Under the pieces are notes generated by a model. That model had not been told where the DNA came from. It did no database searches and worked only from the letters and a program-made list of their open reading frames with translations. Shown one piece after another: positions 1 through 7,709 of a stretch of 64,000 nt of DNA. Both the position numbers and the translations under genes were made by a program. Every line of letters starts with the position of its first letter. Within the stretch, counting starts at the first letter, position 1. Where the stretch lies: the NCBI GenBank assembly GCA_964500645.1, contig CAZCOH010000003.1, forward strand, positions 23,536-87,535, read 5' to 3'. This DNA is from an uncultured Dehalococcoidia bacterium (GTDB lineage: Bacteria; Chloroflexota; Dehalococcoidia; Lucifugimonadales; UBA826).

Positions 1-756
1 AGCCCTTACGGGTTTTTAGGGGCTCCTATACTTTATGCAATGGCTGCTAGAAGGTATATGCACCAGTATGGTGAAGATTACGCAAGACAGGGAATGGCTG
101 AAGTTGCTGTCGCTACTAGAAAGTGGGCACAGTTAAATCCAAAAGCATATATGAAGGATGATATGTCATTTGATGACTATCACAATTCAAGATGGATTTC
201 AGAACCATTCCATCTGTTTGACTGTTGCCTAGTGACTGACGCTGGAGGTGCGTTTGTTATCACTTCTGCAGAACGTGCAAAGGATACAAAGAAGAAACCA
301 GTTTGGGTACTAGGTGCGGCAGAGTCTCATGATCACAATCTGATTAGCCAGATGCCTGACCTAACTCGAACAGCGGCAAAGAATAGTGGTCCCGCTGCTA
401 TGCAAAGAGCGGGTGTGACTCACGATGATATCGACCTTGCGATGATATACGACTCTTTTACATATACGGTACTAACAACTCTAGAGAGTTTAGGGTTCTG
501 TGGACCAGGAGAAGCACCAGACTTCGTTGCTAATCAGAGGACAGCTCCAGGTGGAGACTTCGCCATGAATACCTCTGGCGGAGGTTTATCTTACACACAC
601 TCTGGTATGTACGGCATGTTCTTAGTACTGGAGGCAGTAAGGCAGTTAAGAGGAGAATGCGGAGACCGTCAATTAGACGATCCTCAGCTCTGCTTAATCA
701 ATGGTACAGGAGGGCAACTCTCCTCCACCGGAACCACGGTTCTGGCGGTCGACTAA
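1..756 (+). CDS. Thiolase-fold protein (SCP2-thiolase/Ltp2-like), 5'-truncated by the window edge
   Basis: Frame is open from base 1. Contains YDSFT, NTSGGGLSYTH and EAVRQLRG. The C-terminal thiolase Cys is absent (INGTGG). Confidence 0.85.
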   Translation, partial: SPYGFLGAPILYAMAARRYMHQYGEDYARQGMAEVAVATRKWAQLNPKAYMKDDMSFDDYHNSRWISEPFHLFDCCLVTDAGGAFVITSAERAKDTKKKPVWVLGAAESHDHNLISQMPDLTRTAAKNSGPAAMQRAGVTHDDIDLAMIYDSFTYTVLTTLESLGFCGPGEAPDFVANQRTAPGGDFAMNTSGGGLSYTHSGMYGMFLVLEAVRQLRGECGDRQLDDPQLCLINGTGGQLSSTGTTVLAVD

Positions 757-775
757 TTATAAGGAGAATCTAAAA

Positions 776-1195
776 ATGGCATATAACAAACCAATACCTG
801 TTCCACAGGGAGAATCTGACGTTTATTGGCAAAAAGCCAAAGAAAAAGAATTGTGGTTGAGATACTGCAATGGTTGTGAAGAGGCGTATTTTTACCCCAC
901 CGACTTTTGTCGCAATCCAGAATGTGCTACTCCACGAGACACTAAATGGGTAAAGGCTTCAGGAAAAGCTACATTGTTCACATACGGTATTGTTCAGAGG
1001 GCTCCACATCCGGGGTTTGCAGATGACGTTCCATTTGTTACTGCGATCGTGGAATTAGAAGAGGGTCCAAAGATGGCTACAAATGTGGTCATTGAAAATC
1101 CGACATTTGATAACTTGAAGATAGGGATGGCTTTGGAAGTTGTGTTCGAGGACATAACTGATGAATTAGCGCTTCCTAAATTTAAGCCTGCATAG
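776..1195 (+). CDS. DUF35-type Zn-ribbon/OB-fold protein, partner of the thiolase-fold enzyme
   Basis: AAGGAG at 761-766 and ATG at 776. CxxC..C..C ribbon (CNGC...CRNPEC); OB-fold motifs PFVTAIVELEEGP and LKIGMALEV. Confidence 0.85.
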   Translation: MAYNKPIPVPQGESDVYWQKAKEKELWLRYCNGCEEAYFYPTDFCRNPECATPRDTKWVKASGKATLFTYGIVQRAPHPGFADDVPFVTAIVELEEGPKMATNVVIENPTFDNLKIGMALEVVFEDITDELALPKFKPA

Positions 1196-1217
1196 GTCAA
1201 AAAGATTTTGTGAATTT

Positions 1218-1250
1218 GAGAAGGCTGTCATCAGGCGGCCTTCTCTTTTA
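1218..1250 (+). terminator. Intrinsic terminator
   Basis: 12-bp stem GAGAAGGCTGTC/GGCGGCCTTCTC (with G-U pairs), 4-nt loop and a T-run, lying between convergent genes. Confidence 0.7.
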
Positions 1251-1271
1251 TGTATAAGGAGCGGGCCTTAG

Positions 1272-1601
1272 TTATTGCTCTTCTCTCTGTGATAAGCAGC
1301 TAGGGCATGGGCACATACCCCTAAGAACGTTAAATGGGAATATACCTGTAAAGTGGGCGTCACTCCACAGAAATTGAATGGCATAGTTTCCTATCATTAG
1401 ATGGTCTTCTGCCTTTAGATCTGATGGTACGCTTGCAGGATCTAGAATTTGGCGCTTGCTCCATTCTTCAACGCACTCAGCGCATTGGCAGCTAATCCTA
1501 ATAGATTTGGCTCCGTAAGTGCTTTCATGAGAGTCAGACCATCTGATTAATATCTTTTCTCCGTATAAACCTACTTTTTCAATTTTCAGTGCCTCGTCCA
1601 A
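1272..1601 (-). CDS. DUF971 / GBBH-like N-terminal domain protein
   Basis: WSDSH, CQCAEC, IGNYAIQFLWSDAH.TGIF pattern; TTG start with AGGAG upstream. Confidence 0.8.
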   Translation of the reverse strand: MDEALKIEKVGLYGEKILIRWSDSHESTYGAKSIRISCQCAECVEEWSKRQILDPASVPSDLKAEDHLMIGNYAIQFLWSDAHFTGIFPFNVLRGMCPCPSCLSQREEQ

Positions 1602-1658
1602 TTGAGTTCTCCTGATTTTATTATTGTTACAAAAATAAAAAGATATAAACTTTTTAGT

Positions 1659-2171
1659 TCAGTTGGGTGTCTCCACGTAACCTATATACGGTAGATTACG
1701 GTATTTTTGGTCTATATCCAATCCGTAACCCACAACGAAGTGATCTTCTATTTCAAATCCCACATACTCTATTTCTAATGTAGTTTTTCTATTCAGCGGT
1801 TTGTTAAGCAGAGTACATATTTTTACTGACTTTGGACCTAATTCGAATAATTTTTCACATATGTATTCCATAGTTTTACCCGTATCAATTATGTCCTCTA
1901 CAACTACTATATCTCTGCCCATAACGTCCTCTAGATCCATGCCATGAAGTTCGATGTTCTGGCTTTGTGTACCGGAGTAGCTGGACACACTTATAAAGCC
2001 AATTCTTACTTCACCAGCTATAGAGCGTAATAGGTCAGCGGCAAAACATATTGATCCCTTTAAAATAGCAACTAATGTTAATGAGGATCCTGTTTTATCA
2101 AGTATCTCTTCGCCTATTTCTGTTACACGTCTTGAAATCTCTTCTGAGGTTATTAGTGGCTTTATAATCAT
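1659..2171 (-). CDS. hpt: Hypoxanthine phosphoribosyltransferase
   Basis: ILKGS, the VVEDIIDTGKT PRPP-binding loop and FVVGYGLD. ATG at 2171 is preferred over the ORF-track TTG at 2189. Confidence 0.92.
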   Translation of the reverse strand: MIIKPLITSEEISRRVTEIGEEILDKTGSSLTLVAILKGSICFAADLLRSIAGEVRIGFISVSSYSGTQSQNIELHGMDLEDVMGRDIVVVEDIIDTGKTMEYICEKLFELGPKSVKICTLLNKPLNRKTTLEIEYVGFEIEDHFVVGYGLDIDQKYRNLPYIGYVETPN

Positions 2172-2459
2172 CAATAATGTTGTTCTCAAATGTTTTTTTC
2201 ATTATGAATCACAATCGAGGATAGAGTATAAATCATCGTAGACGGTTTGACGCATATCTTGAAGAAGGGTACTAGTCACAAGTGGTTTTCAGCGTATGTG
2301 AATGTAAGTTGGCTTTGACATCTAGAATATTGAAGTCAACAGAAAAATTGCAGGGGCATTAATAAATCAAATTATTGATCACATAGAACATTCAAGGTCC
2401 GATGTAAAAGTGACGCTAATAGAGAATGAGATCCTAAGAGGATTCTAAAGGCCAATATT

Positions 2460-4739
2460 TTGGATGTAGAAAGATTTATCGCCGAGATAGTTAATTCCGA
2501 CTGGTATTCGGATCAACTCGTGCATTGGGAAAAAATACCTGGTCGTAGATTTATACCAGGAAAATTAAAGGCCAATCTTTCGCAGTCTATGTGGAATGTT
2601 CTAGAAACCAAGAATATAGAACGTCTGTATTGCCACCAAGCAGAGTCCATTGATCTGGCTCTTTTAGGTAGGCACATCATAATAACTACGTCCACAGCAA
2701 GCGGAAAAAGTCTTTGTTATAACATCCCGGTTTATGAAACCTTGTCGAGGGATAAATTTTCAAGAGCTCTTTATGTTTTCCCAACCAAGGCTCTTGCTCA
2801 AGATCAATACAAAGAGCTCGACTCATTTCATAATTTCTTCGAAAATGTTAGCCATGGCCTATTTGATGGCGATACTCCGTCCGTAGAAAGATCTTATTTA
2901 AGAAGGAATTCACGTTTGCTGGTGACTAACCCAGACATGCTGCATCTTGGGGTATTACCACATCCTAATTTATGGGCTACTTTCTTAAGAGGTTTAAAGT
3001 ATGTTGTTATTGATGAAGCACATATATATAGAGGCGTTTTTGGCTCCCACGTTGCAAACGTTATACGACGCTTAAGGAGATTATGTTCAAAATTTGGAGC
3101 TTCCCCTAAATTCATATTGAGTTCGGCAACAATCGCTAACCCTAAGGATTTGGCATTCAATTTGACCGGTCTTGATGTAGATCTTGTTGATATAGACGGG
3201 TCTCCATCTGCTTCAAAACACTTTATATTTTGGAATCCTCCATTTGACAATCAATCTTTTGGTACGCGTAAAAATACGAATGCTGAATCTGCTAAGCTCA
3301 TGTCAGAATTGATAAAAAGAGAGATAAGAACGATTAATTTCGTTCGTGGAAGAAACCAATCTGAAATCCTATCTCTGTATGCCAGAAATTATCTTTTGGA
3401 TAAAAACAAATGCACGGCCACGAAAATAGCTTCTTATCATGGGAATTATTTGGCTGCTGATAGGAGAGACATAGAGAAACAATTGTTTGAAGGAAAATTG
3501 TTGGGGCTTGTTAGTACTAATGCGATGGAGTTAGGTGTTGATATTGGTAACCTTGAAGCGACGATACTTACAGGGTTTCCTGGATCTGTCTCTAGTTCTT
3601 GGCAACAGTCTGGCCGGAGTGGCCGAGGGGAAGAAGAATCTCTAAGTCTATTGGTAGCTTCTAATGATCCCATAGATCAGTACATTATGGACAATCCTTC
3701 ATCTTTTTTTGAAAAATCTGTCGAATATTCTTTACTCTCTCCTGCCAATTTGCATATTCAGAAGCCTCATTTGAAATGTTCTGCTTATGAAATGCCGATT
3801 TCTATGGGAGACACTAAATTTTTTGGTCCTGAAATGCTTTGGAGTACCGACGAATTGGCTGAATCAGGTTCTCTTAAAGTAAAATCCTCGCAATGGTATC
3901 TTTCCGCTGACATTTCGTACCCAGCCGGAGATGTAGATATTAGAGGCGTAGGATCGTCAACGTACACTTTGGTAAACAAAGTAACTGGAGCGATACTTGA
4001 AACTGTTGATGAAACAACTGTTTATAAGAATCTTTACCCAGGAGCATTACATCTTCATCAAGGGGAATCCTTTTTAATCACTGAAATAGATTTTCCCGCA
4101 AATACTATTTACTGCACTAAGTCAGATGTGTCTTATTACACAGACTCTAAGAGCCTAACGGAAATAAAAATAGTTAACACGATTGGCAATCGGCATGTGG
4201 GAAATTCTATTGTCCATTATGGAGTTGCAAATATATCTACCGATGTGGTTAGTTTCAAAAGGATTCATAAATATTCGAATCAAGTTATCAGTGAAGAAAA
4301 ACTTACTCTTCCTAATTTAAGTTTTGATACCATGGCAGTCTGGGTCGATGTTTCCGTAGAAATTCTAGAACGTATTGAATCTTATGGGTTCAATCAGTTT
4401 GGAGGTTTGCATGGGGCTGAGCACTTAATAATGTCTCTTATTCCTATGTTTGCTATGTGTCATAGAGATGATATTGGAGGAGTTTCTAGTTTGTTGCATC
4501 CTGATACAGGAACACCGCAAATTTTTGTTTTTGATAACTACCCAGGAGGTGTCGGGATATCAGAATTGGGTTATGGAATAATGGAGGATCTGTGGGATAT
4601 GTCTTTAAATGTGATCAAACGTTGCCTATGTGAAAGCGGTTGTCCTGCTTGCATACAGTTTCCGGGGTGCGGTAGAAATAATGAACCTTTGGATAAAAAG
4701 TCAGCAAAATTAATACTTGAAGAAATATTATTGGTCTAA
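2460..4739 (+). CDS. DEAD/DEAH-box helicase with C-terminal DUF1998 (MrfA/Hrq1-like)
   Basis: TASGKS Walker A, DEAH, SATIAN, QQSGRSGR, and the C-terminal CxCxxGCPAC...C Zn motif. Confidence 0.9.
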   Translation: MDVERFIAEIVNSDWYSDQLVHWEKIPGRRFIPGKLKANLSQSMWNVLETKNIERLYCHQAESIDLALLGRHIIITTSTASGKSLCYNIPVYETLSRDKFSRALYVFPTKALAQDQYKELDSFHNFFENVSHGLFDGDTPSVERSYLRRNSRLLVTNPDMLHLGVLPHPNLWATFLRGLKYVVIDEAHIYRGVFGSHVANVIRRLRRLCSKFGASPKFILSSATIANPKDLAFNLTGLDVDLVDIDGSPSASKHFIFWNPPFDNQSFGTRKNTNAESAKLMSELIKREIRTINFVRGRNQSEILSLYARNYLLDKNKCTATKIASYHGNYLAADRRDIEKQLFEGKLLGLVSTNAMELGVDIGNLEATILTGFPGSVSSSWQQSGRSGRGEEESLSLLVASNDPIDQYIMDNPSSFFEKSVEYSLLSPANLHIQKPHLKCSAYEMPISMGDTKFFGPEMLWSTDELAESGSLKVKSSQWYLSADISYPAGDVDIRGVGSSTYTLVNKVTGAILETVDETTVYKNLYPGALHLHQGESFLITEIDFPANTIYCTKSDVSYYTDSKSLTEIKIVNTIGNRHVGNSIVHYGVANISTDVVSFKRIHKYSNQVISEEKLTLPNLSFDTMAVWVDVSVEILERIESYGFNQFGGLHGAEHLIMSLIPMFAMCHRDDIGGVSSLLHPDTGTPQIFVFDNYPGGVGISELGYGIMEDLWDMSLNVIKRCLCESGCPACIQFPGCGRNNEPLDKKSAKLILEEILLV

Positions 4740-4743
4740 AAAG

Positions 4744-6036
4744 ATGCCTAAAAGAAAACTCGGAATTGAAATAAAGAGGTCTGGGCGACTGGACAATGAA
4801 AATGACGTGGTGATTCCTGTAGCTTCAGATCTGCTCAAGGTGGAGGGAATTCCAACACGTGACCCGGAAGTTTCATATTACAGTCGTGAATTTCCTTTGG
4901 AAAGTTTTGCTGTTACAGAGAGTGCCTCTGCAATTTGGGCTGAGCAAGAAAGGAATAAGGTTTCTCCGGAAACTTCAAAGTTATATAAGGCATATCAAGA
5001 GGAAATTATGCCTTGGGTTCAAAAGATAAGAGATTCTTCAGCAAAGCTGCCGACATCCCAGAAAGTATCTAGTAACGTAACTGAATTAGTGAGGGATAAA
5101 GCAAGAGAACTGGGGTACGGAGAAGTTGGATTCACTAAGTTTGATAGAAGGTATATTTATTCTAGTAGGAAAGATGAGGTTAAGAGAGATTTACCTAATG
5201 CCATTTGTCTTGCGTATGAACAAGACTTTGTGAGAACTCAGACCATTCCTAGCCTTGATGCGGAAAGAGCACAAGGTGATGCCTATCTAGAGCAAGCAAA
5301 ATTATCATTGGAGCTTTGTGAATTCTTGCTTGCTCTAGGCTATAGGTCCCAAATATCTGGACCTGTGTGGCATTTCGGACCACTGATACCCATGTTTGTA
5401 CAATCAGGACTTGGTCAACTTGGTGTAAATGGTCAACTTTTGTCACCACATTTTGGATCTAGAGCCAGACTTCAGGTAGTAATAACTGATGCCCCTTTAG
5501 AGCATGATGTACCTATAGATTATGGAATTTATAAACTTTGCGAGACCTGCCAAATTTGCTTTATGAGATGCCCTGGAAAGGCGATTCAGGCCCAGAGAGT
5601 CTGGTATAGAGGAGTCGAAAAAAACAAGTTAATTCATAGGCGTTGTAGGCCTGTAATGACCAGGTACTCTGGATGTGGCATCTGTATAAAAGTTTGTCCT
5701 GTTCAGAAGTATGGGATGGTTGAAGTCATGAGTCATTACCTAGAAACGGGAGAAATACTTGGTAAAGGGACAGAAAATTTAGAAGGATATGAGATGCCAG
5801 GGAAAGGCTACTTTCCTCCAGGTAAGGTCCCGGCGTTTGACCGTGAATTTTTTGATATGCCGACAGGTAGTGAAGAGGAAATAGCATTGTCAGATTTTAA
5901 TAATGCGATGGATCGTACCCCTGATCTTACTGACAATGAAAAGGAAGATATATGGAGAGAATTTCAGAATAGACTTATGAAGGATAGGGAAAAGAAAACC
6001 GCGATAATTGATATGGGTATGGACATCGACAGCTGA
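4744..6036 (+). CDS. Reductive dehalogenase-like (RdhA/QueG superfamily) 2x[4Fe-4S] protein with no TAT signal
   Basis: ARELGYGEVG..FDRRYIYS, FLLALGY, GLGQLGVNGQLLSPHFG, PIDYG..LCETCQICFMRCPGKAI and CRPV....GCGICIKVCP. ATG lies 4 nt after the helicase stop. Confidence 0.75.
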   Translation: MPKRKLGIEIKRSGRLDNENDVVIPVASDLLKVEGIPTRDPEVSYYSREFPLESFAVTESASAIWAEQERNKVSPETSKLYKAYQEEIMPWVQKIRDSSAKLPTSQKVSSNVTELVRDKARELGYGEVGFTKFDRRYIYSSRKDEVKRDLPNAICLAYEQDFVRTQTIPSLDAERAQGDAYLEQAKLSLELCEFLLALGYRSQISGPVWHFGPLIPMFVQSGLGQLGVNGQLLSPHFGSRARLQVVITDAPLEHDVPIDYGIYKLCETCQICFMRCPGKAIQAQRVWYRGVEKNKLIHRRCRPVMTRYSGCGICIKVCPVQKYGMVEVMSHYLETGEILGKGTENLEGYEMPGKGYFPPGKVPAFDREFFDMPTGSEEEIALSDFNNAMDRTPDLTDNEKEDIWREFQNRLMKDREKKTAIIDMGMDIDS

Positions 6037-6138
6037 TAAATAAGAGAAAAAAACCTGTTAAGGTGTGGTGACATTAATAGGTGGTTTTCGTGTATGATAC
6101 TGGATATTGGTATTTAGCCTAGTTACAAGGAGTAGAAT

Positions 6139-6405
6139 ATGGCTGGAGAAGGTAAGTTCGAGGTAGAGATAGTTTATTGCGTTCCTTGAGCGCATCACGG
6201 TACGGCGGCCTGGATGGCCGGTGAATTCTTCGCCGAAGGCGGAAAAGATGTTGCCATAAAGATAACACCAGGAACTGGTGGGATTCTGCAAGTGTTTGCT
6301 GATGGTGACAAAATTTATGATAAAGCAGAAGAAGATGGAGCCTTTCCGAACCTCCCACGAGTTAAAGAAATGCGAGCAGCTATAAAGGAAAAACTGGAAG
6401 CTTAA
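6139..6405 (+). CDS. Rdx-family (SelW/SelT/SelH-like) selenoprotein with CxxU; in-frame TGA at 6187-6189
   Basis: AAGGAG at 6127-6132. ATG 6139 reads MAGEGKFEVEIVYCVP-TGA-AHHGTAAW in frame into the track ORF 6214..6405 (PGTGGILQVFADGDKIYDK...FP). Confidence 0.85.
6195..6224 (+). promoter_or_regulatory. Putative bacterial SECIS element
   Basis: TCAC/GTGA lower stem and CGGCC/GGCCG upper stem. The TGGAT apical loop starts 22 nt after the UGA. Confidence 0.55.
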
Positions 6406-6416
6406 ATACCAGTTTT

Positions 6417-6469
6417 ATGAATTAAAAAGGCCCCGAAGGAAACGCTCCTTCGGGGCCTTTTTAATTCAT
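6417..6469. terminator. Strong bidirectional intrinsic terminator
   Basis: Perfect 24-bp inverted repeat ATGAATTAAAAAGGCCCCGAAGGA with a 5-nt loop and A5/T5 tracts on both sides. Confidence 0.9.
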
Positions 6470-6753
6470 TTATAATTTTATATATATGTTATTTCTGAGC
6501 CGCAGTGTTTTCATGTATTCAGATTTATGCTTTTAATCCAATTTGAAAGTGATAAACAGGCATTTATTCTTCTAATCAGGGGAATAATTTTTTCATTCGT
6601 TGGTTGGGATCTTCTTATTGCTTACAAATTGCTGTTATCAATACCACTTATGTTGATTGATACTGCTGATGTAGTACTCTGTTCAATCCACACCTATCAT
6701 TCTTTTGACAGCAATCCTACGTTTGTCAGTTTCTCCATTCCAAGTAGAACATA

Positions 6754-7506
6754 GTGAGTGAGATTCTAATAGATATAGCCGTAGTGTTGTTAGCATTGTT
6801 TTTCGGTGCGCTAGTTCTTTGCTTTGCTGGTTTTGGAATAGCCATCGCGAGCTCCCCGCTTCTACTCCTAACCTTGGATCCCAAAAACACTGTAGTGATA
6901 ATCAATACGGTGTCGTTGGCAGTTTTTTTATTATTGATATTCCAAAACAGGAAAGAAATTGATTATGGAGAGATGCGTTTCCCAATCATATTTGGACTTC
7001 TTGGAGTACCTTTTGGCCTTGTGTTCTTTGAAGGGATAAACAATATTCTGCTTGGTATATCAATAAGCATTTTAATTATTTGTTCTGGAGCATTCATTTA
7101 TTATGCTAAGGACACCAAAATAGAATTGACTAGAACGAAGTTTTATATGATTTCTTTTGTTGTCGGGACATTACTAACCTCGACTGGGATTGGGGGACCA
7201 TTAATGGCTGTAGCTGGTTTGAGCAAAAACTGGACTAAAAACGAGATCAGAGGTTCACTTTCCCTCTACTATATTTTTGTAGAAGGTGCCGCGGTTATTG
7301 GTTATTTGTATACAGGGAGCTTCGAGAGGGAAGTGAGTTTGTTGGTATTGGTAGGTTTGTTTCCTTCAATTTGTGGATTTTTAATAGCTTCATATTTAGC
7401 GAATAAATCTACCGAAGAGGTCTATAAAAAAGCCCTATTGGGTGTGATAATTTTATCAGGGATAGTCGCTTTTTTGACTCAAACAGCATCTTTTTTGAAT
7501 ATTTGA
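6754..7506 (+). CDS. TauE/SafE-family sulfite/sulfonate exporter-like membrane protein
   Basis: About 8 TM helices with the AGFG motif and the repeat-half TGIGGP motif. Confidence 0.8.
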   Translation: MSEILIDIAVVLLALFFGALVLCFAGFGIAIASSPLLLLTLDPKNTVVIINTVSLAVFLLLIFQNRKEIDYGEMRFPIIFGLLGVPFGLVFFEGINNILLGISISILIICSGAFIYYAKDTKIELTRTKFYMISFVVGTLLTSTGIGGPLMAVAGLSKNWTKNEIRGSLSLYYIFVEGAAVIGYLYTGSFEREVSLLVLVGLFPSICGFLIASYLANKSTEEVYKKALLGVIILSGIVAFLTQTASFLNI

Positions 7507-7533
7507 TCTCATTAAAAATGATTTACAGATAAA

Positions 7534-7562
7534 TTGACCCTACAAATAGGCAAACATATAAT
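7534..7562 (+). promoter_or_regulatory. Sigma70-type promoter upstream of thrS
   Basis: TTGACC-17 nt-TATAAT. Confidence 0.6.
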
Positions 7563-7709
7563 TCGCACGATTCTCATCGTCGGTTTTAGGTTTAAGTAAA
7601 ACAAAAACTTGTCGGGGGACTTCACTTTGCTACACTGTTAGCTTCAACATTATTTTTCAGAAGCTATTTTTTTATTTGGATCAACTGCTTTTTGTGTGAG
7701 GCTTGTTAC

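Noticed and set aside
2460-4739. DUF1998 helicase as part of a DISARM/Druantia/Dpd defence system
   Set aside because: It is a single full-length MrfA/Hrq1-type protein with no methylase, nuclease or other defence genes nearby.
4744-6036. Plain epoxyqueuosine reductase QueG
   Set aside because: I could not find the QueG-type DYH motif and the motif spacing resembles RdhA. Disfavoured, but not excluded without an HMM search.
6034-6039. TGA-TAA at the end of the RdhA-like gene as a terminal selenocysteine
   Set aside because: No redox motif context and no downstream hairpin; tandem stops are common.
6527-6754. 75-aa ORF upstream of tauE
   Set aside because: No clear SD or motif; AT-rich spacer ORF of a length expected by chance.
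7534-7709. Thr T-box upstream of thrS
   Set aside because: No GGTGGNACC T-box sequence, AG bulge or specifier loop.
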